Assembly: GCA_963812605.1 (NCBI GenBank)
Contig: CAWEWF010000014.1
Coordinates: 448,001 to 512,000, forward strand
Length of the DNA stretch: 64,000 bases
Direction of reading: 5' to 3'
Source of the DNA: an uncultured Verrucomicrobiae bacterium
GTDB lineage: Bacteria > Verrucomicrobiota > Verrucomicrobiia > Palsa-1439
Part shown: piece by piece, positions 48,363 through 58,792 of the stretch
How positions within the stretch are numbered: the first letter of the stretch is position 1
Layout: the number at the start of each line of letters is the position of its first letter
Position numbers and translations under genes: made by a program
The notes under the pieces: model-generated
The model's input: only the letters and a program-made list of their open reading frames with translations
The model's database searches: none
What the model was told of the DNA's origin: nothing

Positions 48363-49829
48363 ATGCGCCGCGGCGCGGTCATTCTACTCCTGATGGTCAC
48401 AGCTGCCGCGCCGGTTCTTGCCCAAAAACCTTTTCCACCCATCACGGCGGATGATCGTATCATTGTGGTCGCGCCGCATCCTGACGACGAAGTGCTCGGC
48501 GCGGGTGGATTGATCCAGCAAGCGTGCGCGGCCGGCGCGGAGGTGCACGTGATTTATCTCACCAGCGGTGATCACAACCAAATCGCATTTAAGATCTACA
48601 AACTCCGGCTGCACCTTAGTTCCCGCCAATATATTGCGTTCGGCGAACTGCGTAATCGCGAGGCGGCAGCCGCCACGGCGCTGCTCGGCTTGACCCGCGA
48701 CCAACTGACTTTCCTGGGGTACCCGGACTACGGAACGCTGCAAATCTGGCGCGACCATTGGGGCGAGGTCCCTCCGTTTCGCAGCGACGCGACGCACACC
48801 AACGCGGTGCCGTATGCGGATGCGTTTGGTTACGGACAATCGTACACGCCCGAAAACGTCGTGGCCGACTTCGTCAAACTATTCCGCCTGATTCGTCCGA
48901 CGAAGATATTTGTCACACACCCCGCCGATACCAATCCGGACCACCGCGCCGCGGCGAATTTCACGCGCCTTGCGGTGCTGGAACTGGGGGCGGAACAGCC
49001 GCCACCGCAGCTTTACTATTACGTTGTTCACTTTGGTCGATGGCCGTTTCCCTATCATTATCATCCCGAACTGGAACTCGAACCACCGCAACAGTTGCTG
49101 GACGACGGCGATTGGCTGACGCTTCCGTTGACGCCGGAGCAGGCGCAGGAGAAGTACGAGGCCATCCTGCAAAACCACACGCAACTGACGACGCGCCAGT
49201 ATTTTCTGGTCTCGTTCGCGCGCGCCGATGAAATCTTCGCCACCATCGAGGTGTTGCCCGTGCCCGAGGTGCCCGCCGATGCGGTCATCAACTGGAAGAA
49301 GGCGGTTCGCACCGAAGCCATTGGATTCAGCCACAGCGAGGCGTCCAACAAAACCGGCGCGGAACATGTGCCGTTGGAGGAACTGGCGGCGATGGAATTG
49401 GAAGAGACCGCCTACGTGCGCCAGGGTGAAGACCTGATTGCGCAGGTCACACTGCAAAACCGGCTGGGAAAGCGGGCCAATGTCCATTTACTGCTGTACG
49501 GATTCAAACGCGGTTCCGACTTTGCCACCCTGCCCAAACTGCACATCAACATCACGCCGCTCGGCAGCGTGCATGTATTTGACGATCGCAAACGGGTGAA
49601 CGTCGAGAACGTCAAGGTGATCAGCGTCGAGAACCACTTGATTGTCCGCGTGCCCTTGCGGCTGCTGGGCGACGAGGTGCCCGACCTGCTTTTCACGGCG
49701 ACGCGGGCGAACCTCGGCGAGATTGCAGCGGACAATACCGCGTGGCATCTCTTTTCGCTGTCCAGTGGTCCTGTAAACGGGCATACAATCAAGCCATCAA
49801 GCAATAGACCGCCAATGTGGGTGAAATAA
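48363..49829 (+). CDS. Secreted PIG-L family deacetylase with C-terminal extension
   Basis: APHPDDE, LTSGD, FLGYPD, DTNPDH. Confidence 0.88.
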   Translation: MRRGAVILLLMVTAAAPVLAQKPFPPITADDRIIVVAPHPDDEVLGAGGLIQQACAAGAEVHVIYLTSGDHNQIAFKIYKLRLHLSSRQYIAFGELRNREAAAATALLGLTRDQLTFLGYPDYGTLQIWRDHWGEVPPFRSDATHTNAVPYADAFGYGQSYTPENVVADFVKLFRLIRPTKIFVTHPADTNPDHRAAANFTRLAVLELGAEQPPPQLYYYVVHFGRWPFPYHYHPELELEPPQQLLDDGDWLTLPLTPEQAQEKYEAILQNHTQLTTRQYFLVSFARADEIFATIEVLPVPEVPADAVINWKKAVRTEAIGFSHSEASNKTGAEHVPLEELAAMELEETAYVRQGEDLIAQVTLQNRLGKRANVHLLLYGFKRGSDFATLPKLHINITPLGSVHVFDDRKRVNVENVKVISVENHLIVRVPLRLLGDEVPDLLFTATRANLGEIAADNTAWHLFSLSSGPVNGHTIKPSSNRPPMWVK

Positions 49830-50764
49830 TGGAGTACTTGATCACAGGAGGAGCGGGGTTCATCGGCTCGAACATCGCCGAGCACCTGGTTGGACAGGGG
49901 CGCAGCGTCCGGGTGTTCGACAATTTTTCCAGCGGCAAGCGCGCGAACGTACAGTCCTTTGCTGCGCAGGCGGAAATCATCGAAGGCGACTTGCGTGACA
50001 TCAAATCGGTCCAACAGGCGGTCAAGGATGTGCGTTATGTCCTCCACCTTGGCGCGATACCCAGTGTTCCTCGCTCCGTTGAAAACCCACTGGCGACGAA
50101 CGAAGCCAATATTACCGGCACGGTCAATCTGCTGGTCGCGGCGCGCGACGCGGGGGTGAAACGGGTGGTGTTCACGTCGTCCTCCAGCGTGTATGGTGAC
50201 ACGCGCACGCTGCCCAAGCGCGAAGACATGCCGCCGTCGCCGCTCTCGCCCTACGCGGTCCACAAAATCACGGGCGAGTATTACGCGGCCATCTTCTGGC
50301 GGTTGTACGGACTCGAAACCGTCTCGCTTCGCTACTTTAACGTGTTCGGCCCGCGTCAGGACCCGCAGTCGCAGTATGCGGCGGTCATTCCGCGGTTCAT
50401 CACGGCCATTTTGCGCGACCAATCCCCAGTCATCTTTGGCGACGGCAGCCAGACGCGCGATTTCTCCCATGTCGAGAATGTCATCCACGCCAACCTTCTC
50501 GCTTGCGAAGCGCCGAAGGAAGCGCTCGGCCAGTCCTTCAATATCGCCTGCGGCGGACGCATCTCGCTTTTGGATCTCGTCGACACCGTGAACAAAATTC
50601 TCGGCAAAAACGTGAAACCGAAGTTCGATCCCGCGCGCCCCGGCGACATCCTCCACAGCCAGGCCGACATTACGAAGGCGGAAAGGCTTCTCGACTGGAA
50701 ACCCACGGTGAACTTTCCCGAAGGCATCGCCAAGACAATCGCGTGGTATCAGCGGCAGGGCTAG
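49829..50764 (+). CDS. NAD-dependent nucleotide-sugar epimerase (SDR, WbpP-like)
   Basis: TGGAGFIGS, SVPRS, SSSSVYG, YAVHK (YxxxK), LRYFNVFGPRQ. Confidence 0.93.
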   Translation: MEYLITGGAGFIGSNIAEHLVGQGRSVRVFDNFSSGKRANVQSFAAQAEIIEGDLRDIKSVQQAVKDVRYVLHLGAIPSVPRSVENPLATNEANITGTVNLLVAARDAGVKRVVFTSSSSVYGDTRTLPKREDMPPSPLSPYAVHKITGEYYAAIFWRLYGLETVSLRYFNVFGPRQDPQSQYAAVIPRFITAILRDQSPVIFGDGSQTRDFSHVENVIHANLLACEAPKEALGQSFNIACGGRISLLDLVDTVNKILGKNVKPKFDPARPGDILHSQADITKAERLLDWKPTVNFPEGIAKTIAWYQRQG

Positions 50765-50779
50765 AGGATAATTACAAAT

Positions 50780-51355
50780 ATGAGATTGTGCCGGACTGCC
50801 CCCATTTCCGAAACGAGGCAAATCCTTTGCTTTTGCCTTATTCTAACTTGCTGTTCCTGCTCTTCCCCAAATGAACAGCATAGTAGTCAAGTAGCGATTG
50901 CGTCATGGCCACACGGCAATTCAACTGATATTAGGTGCGAAATCCACGAGCGCCATTCTGGCAGTGACGAATTAAGTGATCGCGAACTAAGAATTGTCGA
51001 CCCACGGGGTCATTGCGTGAGTCTGTTTCACACCCCCGACACGTTCCTTGCAATGTATCCAAACGGAGATGACAATCCGCTTTTAATCACTGTGTGGGTT
51101 TCGGGAACGGCGTACAGGATTCGAGTCGTTAATTGGGACGGTGCCACTGCGAGAGTTGTACTTGATGGTGGCTCCAAGAGTTTTCCTGAAATTATTTCTC
51201 GCGAGCTGGGGGATTGTATTATTCTTTTGAGCGATTCGAATGGCAGCCCGACCGACACTACTAACTGGACCACGACGCGTTATTCTTGGAATGGAAACGA
51301 GATGTCGGAACTTGACCACGTGGCATATTCATCTCGATTCGCGAAGTTACAGTGA
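50780..51355 (+). CDS. Hypothetical lipoprotein
   Basis: Cys-containing signal (FCLILTCCSCSS); AT-rich relative to flanks. Confidence 0.55.
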   Translation: MRLCRTAPISETRQILCFCLILTCCSCSSPNEQHSSQVAIASWPHGNSTDIRCEIHERHSGSDELSDRELRIVDPRGHCVSLFHTPDTFLAMYPNGDDNPLLITVWVSGTAYRIRVVNWDGATARVVLDGGSKSFPEIISRELGDCIILLSDSNGSPTDTTNWTTTRYSWNGNEMSELDHVAYSSRFAKLQ

Positions 51356-51518
51356 AGGGTGGGGGGCCGACAGTTTGTTTTAATGATCTTTTCACGAAGT
51401 TTGGCCGTGCAAAATTTCTTGGGGCTTGGTAGAAACCACGGGCACTTATTGAACGTCTCAGTTGAAGAGCTTTTTTCCTGATTCCATTCCAGAACCGAAA
51501 CACGAACGACGGCGAGAG

Positions 51519-54149
51519 ATGCCGACCTTAACTGAACAACAGAACGCCGTGCGACCGGCGACGCCTTCGAAGAAGCAGGCGAGCGCGATTCGTGTCTCGC
51601 CGGTGCTGATCGAGGCTTCCCACAAGAATGCCGACGAGGTTTTCGCCCTCCTCAATACCTCGGCGGCGGGCTTGACCCAATTCGATGCGGAAGAGCGATT
51701 CGGCAAATACGGCCCGAACGAGGTGGCCCGCGAGAAACGGCACGGGTGGTTGTGGCGGTTGTGGACAGCCGTGCGAAATCCCCTGGTGATTCTGCTGACG
51801 ATATTGTCGATTGTCACGTTTGCCACGGGGGACCTGGCCGGAGGCAGCGTAATGGCGGCGATGGTTATCCTGGGCGTTTCGCTGCGATTTGTGCAGGAGT
51901 CGCGGGCGGACATCGCGGCGGCGAAGTTGAAAGCCATGATCAGCGTCACCGCCACGGTCAACCGCGACGGCCAGCCGAAGGAAATCCCATTGAAGGAGTT
52001 GGTGCCGGGCGATGTGGTCAAGCTGGCTGCCGGCGACATGATTCCGGCGGACGTGCGACTGATTAGCTGCAAAGACCTCTTCATCATCCAGGCGAGTTTG
52101 ACGGGCGAATCGTTGCCGGTGGAAAAGATCGATACGCCGGAAAAAGAAGACGGTCGTCAACCGTTGGAGTTGCGCAACCTTTGCTTCCTGGGCACCAGCG
52201 TGGAGAGCGGTACGGCGCGCGCGGTGGTGGTGGCGACGGGAGTGCACACGTACTTTGGGAGCATGGCCAGCAGCATTACCGGTCAGCAGGTGGAGACCAG
52301 TTTTGACAAAGGCGTCCACAAGTTCACCTGGTTGATGATTCAGTTCATGATGGTGATGGTGCCGTTGGTTTTCCTGATCAACGGCTTGACGAAGCATGAC
52401 TGGAAGGAAGCGTTCTTCTTCTCGCTGGCGGTGGCAGTGGGGTTGACGCCGGAAATGCTGCCCATGATCGTCTCCGTTTGCCTGACGAAAGGGGCCCTCG
52501 CCATGTCGCGCAAGAAAGTCATCGTGAAGCGGCTCCATTCCATCCAAAACTTTGGCGCCATGGACGTTTTGTGCACGGACAAGACGGGCACATTGACGCT
52601 GGATCGCGTGATTCTCGAAAAGTATTGCGACGTGGCCGGCGATGAGAATGACAGTGTGCTGGAAGCGGCCTACCTGATCAGTTATTTTCAGACGGGGTTA
52701 AAGAACGTGCTGGATCGCGCGATCCTCCAACATGTCGACGCGCACACGGAGTTGCCCGTCGAACAGCACAAGATGGTCGATGAAATTCCCTTCGATTTCT
52801 CGCGACGGATGATGTCGGTGGTCATCGAAACGCCGGAGCACGGCCACCGCCTGTTCACCAAGGGCGCTCCCGAGGCTATTTTCGGCCGTTGTACGCGATT
52901 CGAACTCAACGAGGAAGTCGTGCCGATGGAAGAGATCCTGATTCAGGACTTGAAGGCAGAGTATGAAGACCTGAGCACAGACGGCTTTCGCGTGTTGGCG
53001 GTCGCGTACAAGGACCTGGAAAAGCGGGCAGCCTATTCCAAGGACGACGAATGCGATCTCGTCCTGAAGGGCTACGTGGCATTCCTCGATCCGCCCAAGG
53101 AAACGGCGGCCACGGCTATCGCCGCTTTGCAAAAACACGGCGTCACGGTGAAGGTGCTGACGGGCGACAACGACCTGGTTAGCCGCAAGATTTGCAACGA
53201 GGTCGGGCTGTCCACCGACACGATCCTGCTGGGCCAGCAGGTGGAGGCCATGTCGGATGCCGAACTGGGAGACGCGGCGGAGAAGACGACGCTTTTTGCG
53301 CGATTGTCGCCGGCCCACAAACAAAGAATCATCAAGGCGCTGCAGAGCAAAGGACACGTGCTCGGGTTCCTCGGCGACGGGATCAACAACGCGCCGGCGC
53401 TGCGGGCAGCGGACGTGGGCATTTCCGTGGACACCGCGGTGGACATCGCCAAGGAATCGGCGGACGTCATTCTGCTGGAGAAGAGCCTGATGGTGCTGGA
53501 AGAGGGGGTGCTGGAAGGACGGAAGGTGTTTGTCAACATTCTGCGTTACATCCGCATGGGCGCCAGTTCGAACTTCGGGAACATGTTCAGCGTTCTCGGC
53601 GCCAGCGCGTTCCTGCCATACCTGCCCATGGCGCCGTTGCAGGTGCTGACGAACAACCTGCTCTATGACTTTTCGCAGGTCCCGATCCCGACCGATAACG
53701 TGGGCCCGGAACAGATCGCCAAGCCGCGTCCGTGGGCGATCGGGCAGATCAAGCGGTTCATTCTCTTCATCGGGCCGATCAGCTCGATTTTCGACTACAC
53801 GACGTATTTCATCATGCTCTACGTCTTCAAGTGTTGGGACCCGTCGCGGGCGTCGCTGTTCCAGACCGGGTGGTTCGTGGAATCGCTGATGACGCAGACG
53901 CTGATTATCCACGTCATCCGCACGAACAAGATCCCGTTTCTCCAAAGCCGCGCCAGTTGGCCTTTGACCGCCACCACCGTGATCATCATGTGTTTCGGCA
54001 TGTGGCTGCCGTTTTCCCCGATGGCCCACGCGTTGGGCTTCGTTCGCCTTCCGGGGTTGTACTGGCCATTGCTGGCCCTCACGTTGGTCTGTTACATGGG
54101 GCTCACGCAGATCATCAAAGCGTGGCTTTTCCGCAAGGCGTGGATTTGA
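51519..54149 (+). CDS. mgtA: Magnesium-translocating P-type ATPase
   Basis: LTGES, GLTPEMLP, DKTGTLT, IPFDF, TGDN, ASSNFGN, FQTGWFVES; hinge reads GDGINN instead of GDGIND. Confidence 0.93.
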   Translation: MPTLTEQQNAVRPATPSKKQASAIRVSPVLIEASHKNADEVFALLNTSAAGLTQFDAEERFGKYGPNEVAREKRHGWLWRLWTAVRNPLVILLTILSIVTFATGDLAGGSVMAAMVILGVSLRFVQESRADIAAAKLKAMISVTATVNRDGQPKEIPLKELVPGDVVKLAAGDMIPADVRLISCKDLFIIQASLTGESLPVEKIDTPEKEDGRQPLELRNLCFLGTSVESGTARAVVVATGVHTYFGSMASSITGQQVETSFDKGVHKFTWLMIQFMMVMVPLVFLINGLTKHDWKEAFFFSLAVAVGLTPEMLPMIVSVCLTKGALAMSRKKVIVKRLHSIQNFGAMDVLCTDKTGTLTLDRVILEKYCDVAGDENDSVLEAAYLISYFQTGLKNVLDRAILQHVDAHTELPVEQHKMVDEIPFDFSRRMMSVVIETPEHGHRLFTKGAPEAIFGRCTRFELNEEVVPMEEILIQDLKAEYEDLSTDGFRVLAVAYKDLEKRAAYSKDDECDLVLKGYVAFLDPPKETAATAIAALQKHGVTVKVLTGDNDLVSRKICNEVGLSTDTILLGQQVEAMSDAELGDAAEKTTLFARLSPAHKQRIIKALQSKGHVLGFLGDGINNAPALRAADVGISVDTAVDIAKESADVILLEKSLMVLEEGVLEGRKVFVNILRYIRMGASSNFGNMFSVLGASAFLPYLPMAPLQVLTNNLLYDFSQVPIPTDNVGPEQIAKPRPWAIGQIKRFILFIGPISSIFDYTTYFIMLYVFKCWDPSRASLFQTGWFVESLMTQTLIIHVIRTNKIPFLQSRASWPLTATTVIIMCFGMWLPFSPMAHALGFVRLPGLYWPLLALTLVCYMGLTQIIKAWLFRKAWI

Positions 54150-54189
54150 CGTGGCTCGGGGGGTTCCGTACGCCTTCCCTAAAAGAGGC

Positions 54190-54216
54190 GAAGCCGAGGT
54201 TAGGGTCCTCGGCTTC
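54190..54216. terminator. Hairpin after mgtA
   Basis: GAAGCCGAGG-ttagggt-CCTCGGCTTC; A-rich run on the left side, so possibly bidirectional. Confidence 0.5.
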
Positions 54217-54490
54217 AGTTAGTCGATTGGTGTGGAGAAGCACCTTCGACGAGGTATGGTATAGGGTGAGTGGTTATCTAGCAGTGTCAGTGCCATGCGT
54301 GCTAGCGGCCGTATTTCGAAGGGATTTTGGCAAAAACATTTCAAAATCAGCCGATTTTCGGCTGCTGTCTTCGAACAAATCTTAGAATTGCAGGTTTTGG
54401 ACCATCGGAAAACCCTCAATTTTGCGAGTTGCACGCTTCGAGGCTTTTCTATACCGTTAGCGCCTCAAAGACTGGGAGAAGACATTACCA

Positions 54491-55801
54491 ATGGCTGTTA
54501 CGATTGAAAACACCGCGCCGTGCCGCAAGAAGCTCCGCATCGAGGTGGAAGCCGAACGGGTGGCCGGCACACGCGCCGAGATTTTACAGGAATTCCGCAA
54601 GTTCGCGGCGATCCCCGGCTTTCGCCCGGGCAAAGCGCCCGAGCCGATGGTCGAGAAGCGATACGCCGGTCAGATCGACGAGGAATTGCGCAAGCGGCTT
54701 ATCCCCGAAAGCTATCGCGAAACACTCGGCGAGCAGAAGTTGAAAGTCGTGGGTTATCCGCAAATCGAGTCCGTCGAGTACAAACACGGCAGCGCGCTGG
54801 TTTACACCGCCGCCGTGGACACCGCGCCCGAGTTTCCTCTTCCCGACTACAAGGGCATTCCTTTGAAAAAGAAAACGGTGGCGGTGAAGGAAGAGGAGAT
54901 CAACAAGACCATTGATTCCTTGCGGGAGCAGCAGGTCGAGTTCGTCGCCATCGAAAACCGCGCGATCCAGACCGGCGACTACGCCGTTATCAATTACACC
55001 GGTGTGTCCGACGGCAAACCGATCAGTGAACTTGTCGCGGATGCCAAGGAACTGGGTGAGAACAAGGACTTTTGGCTGCTGATCTCCGCGGATTCATTTC
55101 TGCCCGGTTTTTGCGACCAGCTTATCGGCGCCAAGGCCGGCGAGAAGCGCCAGGTTCTTGTCGATTTCCCGGCCGATTTTCCACAAAAGGCCGTGGCGGG
55201 AAAAAAGGCCACCTTTTTCGTGGACGTGATCGCGATCAAGGAGAAAAAGCTGCCGGAGGTCAACGACGAGTTCGCCAAGAAGGTCGGCCTCGACAATGTG
55301 GAAAAGCTGAAAGACGCAGTCCGCAAGAGCCTCCTCACCGAGGTGGAGAGCCAGCAGGAGGCGGAATTGCGACGCCAGATTGCCGACCACCTGCGGAGCA
55401 AGGTTGAATTTGAGTTGCCCGAGTCACTGGTTAAGCAGGAAACACGCAGCATCATTTATGACGTCGTTCGCGAAAACAGCCTGCGTGGGGCGACGAAGGA
55501 GCAGCTCGAAGAGAAGAAGGATGAGATCTATGGGTTCGCCACCCAGAACGCCAAGGAGCGTCTCCGCACCTCGTTCATCCTCGGGGCCATCGCCGAAGCT
55601 GAACAGATCAAGGTCGAGGAGGCGGAAGTGGAACAGCGCATAGCGCAGATGGCCCAGCGCACTCGGACTACACCGGAAAAGCTGAAGGCGCAATTAGCCG
55701 AAAAGAACGGATTCGGCGAAATCGAGGAACAAATCCTGGTCGGGAAGACCCTAGATTTTCTTGTGGCGAACGCCAAAATCGAGACAATTGCCGAATCCTA
55801 G
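54491..55801 (+). CDS. tig: Trigger factor
   Basis: IPGFRPGKAP; FKBP domain FLPGFCDQLIG; precedes clpP. Confidence 0.95.
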   Translation: MAVTIENTAPCRKKLRIEVEAERVAGTRAEILQEFRKFAAIPGFRPGKAPEPMVEKRYAGQIDEELRKRLIPESYRETLGEQKLKVVGYPQIESVEYKHGSALVYTAAVDTAPEFPLPDYKGIPLKKKTVAVKEEEINKTIDSLREQQVEFVAIENRAIQTGDYAVINYTGVSDGKPISELVADAKELGENKDFWLLISADSFLPGFCDQLIGAKAGEKRQVLVDFPADFPQKAVAGKKATFFVDVIAIKEKKLPEVNDEFAKKVGLDNVEKLKDAVRKSLLTEVESQQEAELRRQIADHLRSKVEFELPESLVKQETRSIIYDVVRENSLRGATKEQLEEKKDEIYGFATQNAKERLRTSFILGAIAEAEQIKVEEAEVEQRIAQMAQRTRTTPEKLKAQLAEKNGFGEIEEQILVGKTLDFLVANAKIETIAES

Positions 55802-55879
55802 GGCCGTGGGGCAGGGCAACACCGGCGGGGATTGCAGTCGGCAAAAGAAATGCTAGTATGGAAGGCAAAAGGAAGGCAA

Positions 55880-56506
55880 ATGGACAAAGCTCAGTTACTG
55901 GTACCGATGGTGGTCGAGCAGACGGGCCGCGGCGAACGCGGCTACGACATCTATTCCCGCTTGCTGAAAGACCGCATTGTGTTTGTCGGCACGCCGATTG
56001 ACGACAACGTGGCCAACGTCATCATCGCGCAGATGCTTTACCTCCAGTCCGAGGACCCGGCCAAGGACATCAACCTTTACATCAACTCGCCCGGCGGCTC
56101 CGTCACCTCGGGACTGGCCATCTATGATACGATCCAATTTGTGAAATGCGACGTGACCACCTATTGCGTTGGCCAGGCCGCGAGCATGGGCGCCGTGCTG
56201 CTCGCCGCGGGCACCAAAGGCAAACGCTTTGCCCTGCCCAATGCGCGGATCATGATTCACCAACCGTGGGGGGGCGTCCAGGGACAGGCCGCCGATATCA
56301 GCATCCAGGCGAAGGAGATTTTGCGGATGCGGGACCGACTCAATGAAATCCTCGCGTTGCACACCGGCAAGCCGATCGAGACGATCGCAAAAGACACAGA
56401 CCGCGATTTCTTCATGTCCGCCGCCGAGTCGCGGGATTATGGGCTCGTCGACGAGGTTGTGAAGTCACGCCGTGACGTCGAGAAGAAACCGGAGAAGGCC
56501 GCCTAG
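55880..56506 (+). CDS. clpP: ATP-dependent Clp protease proteolytic subunit
   Basis: [37 protein letters not shown]. Confidence 0.97.
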   Translation: MDKAQLLVPMVVEQTGRGERGYDIYSRLLKDRIVFVGTPIDDNVANVIIAQMLYLQSEDPAKDINLYINSPGGSVTSGLAIYDTIQFVKCDVTTYCVGQAASMGAVLLAAGTKGKRFALPNARIMIHQPWGGVQGQAADISIQAKEILRMRDRLNEILALHTGKPIETIAKDTDRDFFMSAAESRDYGLVDEVVKSRRDVEKKPEKAA

Positions 56507-56514
56507 GAAAACAC

Positions 56515-57808
56515 ATGGCGCGCCCGACGAACCTGACGATGTGCAGCTTCTGTGGGAAGACCCACGGCGAGGTGCGGAAACTCATCGCTGGCCCGGGCGT
56601 TTACATCTGCGACAACTGCATCACGGTCTGCAAGAGCATTCTCGACAAGGAACTGGGACACCCCAAGACCAAGCCATCCGCCGGTTTCCGCCTCGCTGTC
56701 CCGAAGCCCGCCGAGATCCGGCGACAACTCGACCAGTACGTCATCGGGCAGGAGCAGGCCAAGAAGACCATCGCGGTGGCGGTACACAATCATTACAAGC
56801 GCATCCAGCAGGACAACACCGGCTCTGACAAGACGGCCAACGGCGCGGTTAAGCTGGATGAACATCGCAACGTCGAGATCGAGAAGAGCAACATTTTGCT
56901 GATCGGGCCGACGGGCTCGGGTAAGACGCTTCTCGCGCGCACCCTCGCACGGATCCTCGATGTGCCATTCTGCATCGCCGACGCCACCACATTGACGGAA
57001 GCGGGTTACGTCGGCGAAGACGTCGAGAATATCATTCTGCGACTGTTGCAGGGCGCCGATTATGATGTCAAACGCGCCGAACTGGGTATTGTTTATATTG
57101 ACGAGATCGACAAGATCGGGCGCAAAAGCGATTCCGCCAGCATCACCCGCGATGTTTCGGGCGAAGGCGTGCAGCAGGCCCTGCTGAAAATCCTGGAAGG
57201 CACGGTTTGCAACGTCCCACCGCAAGGCGGGCGCAAACATCCGCATCAGGAATACATCCAGGTCAATACCGAGCACATTCTTTTCATCTGCGGCGGCGCC
57301 TTCATCGGTTTGGACAAGATCGTCCAGCGACGTATCGGCGGCCATGCGCTTGGGATTTGCCAAACCCGACGAGACGACGAAGCTGGCCCAGCGCGCCAGC
57401 ATCACGGAGCACGTCGAGCCCGAAGACCTGTTGAAATTCGGGATGATCCCCGAGTTCGTCGGGCGCCTCCCCGTCGTCTCGGTCCTCAATGAGCTGATCG
57501 AGCCCGAACTGATCGCGATTCTCACGGAGACCAAGAACGCGATGATCAAGCAGTACAGCAAGCTGTTCGCGATGGAAGGCGTGAACCTGAATCTCACCAA
57601 GGACGCGCTGCAGGCGCTGGCGGAAGCCGCGCTCAAGAAGGGCACCGGCGCGCGCGCCCTGCGATCGTTGCTGGAAAAACTGATGCTCGACCTGATGTAC
57701 GAGATCCCCTCGCGCGATGACATCGCCGAAGTCACCATCAACCGCGGTGTCGTCGAAGGCAAGCGCGAACCCCTCATCCGCAAGAAGCAGTCAAAGGACG
57801 CCGCCTGA
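56515..57808 (+). CDS. clpX: ClpX ATPase; frameshift near 57353 (extra G)
   Basis: CSFCGK...[29 protein letters not shown]; the LGF loop and [11 protein letters not shown] continue in ORF 57344..57808. Confidence 0.95.
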
Positions 57809-57812
57809 TTAT

Positions 57813-57971
57813 TCACCGTAACGGGGTGAATTTCTTCTGCTGTTGGTGGTCGATTCGTTTCAACTCCGTGCGAAGCTGACTCAGTACCAAAGTGTTGATG
57901 ACGACCAGCGACGCTACCAGAATCGTCAACGTCAAGACCACGAGCATGGCGCTGCCGCGTTCGTTTTTCAT
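57813..57971 (-). CDS. Very short PilX/GspK/ComGG-like minor pilin (52 aa)
   Basis: MKNERG/SAMLVVLTLTILV class III signal lacking Glu5. Confidence 0.7.
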   Translation of the reverse strand: MKNERGSAMLVVLTLTILVASLVVINTLVLSQLRTELKRIDHQQQKKFTPLR

Positions 57972-58429
57972 GACGGTCTCCGGGCAACGGCGGTGAACGT
58001 GAACAGCGGTCGCACGAGGACGATTTTTTGCGGACTGGCGAGTTCCAATTCCCAACGCCAGGCGTCGACGCGCTGGCGCGGGTCATCCGAGATGGTGGAC
58101 GTCTTCACTTGTTTGAGCACAATCGTCCGTGTTGCGCCTGTCTGTCGCCAGACCGCGCCATCCACGAAGACATACGCAACCTCACCCGATTGTTGCGGAA
58201 TCGCCACGCCATTGTCGATCGAGTGCGGGGGAGCAATGGCGGCACGAATGTCTTCCCGCCAACGCTCACCAGCGCGCATCGCGCGCACGATGTCATCGGC
58301 GTTGCGGCGAAGGCTGCGAGTATGTTGGTCGTATCGGTAATAGGCGACAAAGGAGAGGTCGAGCACCACCGCGAACACCGCGATGTAGACGAGGCATTCG
58401 AGCAACGAGAAACCGCGTTCCGACTTCAT
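57968..58429 (-). CDS. Prepilin-type N-terminal cleavage/methylation protein (PilW/GspJ-like)
   Basis: MKSERG/FSLLECLVYIAVF. Confidence 0.85.
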   Translation of the reverse strand: MKSERGFSLLECLVYIAVFAVVLDLSFVAYYRYDQHTRSLRRNADDIVRAMRAGERWREDIRAAIAPPHSIDNGVAIPQQSGEVAYVFVDGAVWRQTGATRTIVLKQVKTSTISDDPRQRVDAWRWELELASPQKIVLVRPLFTFTAVARRPS

Positions 58430-58792
58430 TGTCCGACCGCCTCCCGCACGACCGCGCGCCGGAGCGGGACTTGTCCGGTTGCCACTCCAGCCGCAAACGC
58501 GGCCCATGCACCGTCAGGGTGAACTTGCCCGGCGGCAGGTATTTTGCCGATTCGGCGTGGACGGTATAAGGTGTCGTGCCTTCGGCAAAAGCCCGCCATT
58601 CGCCTGCGGCGAGGACTTCCATTTCGCCATCGACGGCTTCCATGGCGACCGCGCGCCAGTAATAGACGCGGCAGCATGCTGTTCGTCCACAAACGAAAAT
58701 CCCAACGGCAGCAGGATCGTCACAATGAGGGTCAACGCCATCATCAACTCGATGGTCATCGAACCGCACTCGTATCGAGTTCGCTTCACCAT
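58426..58792 (-). CDS. Minor pilin-like protein (PilV/GspI-like); frameshift near 58676 and probably another near the 3' end
   Basis: ECG/SMTIELMMALTLIVTILLP, continuing RVYYWRAVAMEAVDGEMEVLAAGEW in another frame. Confidence 0.7.

Noticed and set aside
44877-54029. Long antisense ORFs (e.g. 44877-46370, 47042-48463, 49412-50821, 52698-54029)
   Set aside because: Shadow frames of well-supported GC-rich genes on the opposite strand.
54150-54490. tRNA upstream of tig, a common arrangement
   Set aside because: No cloverleaf with a T-arm GTTCRA and matching acceptor stem could be built on either strand.
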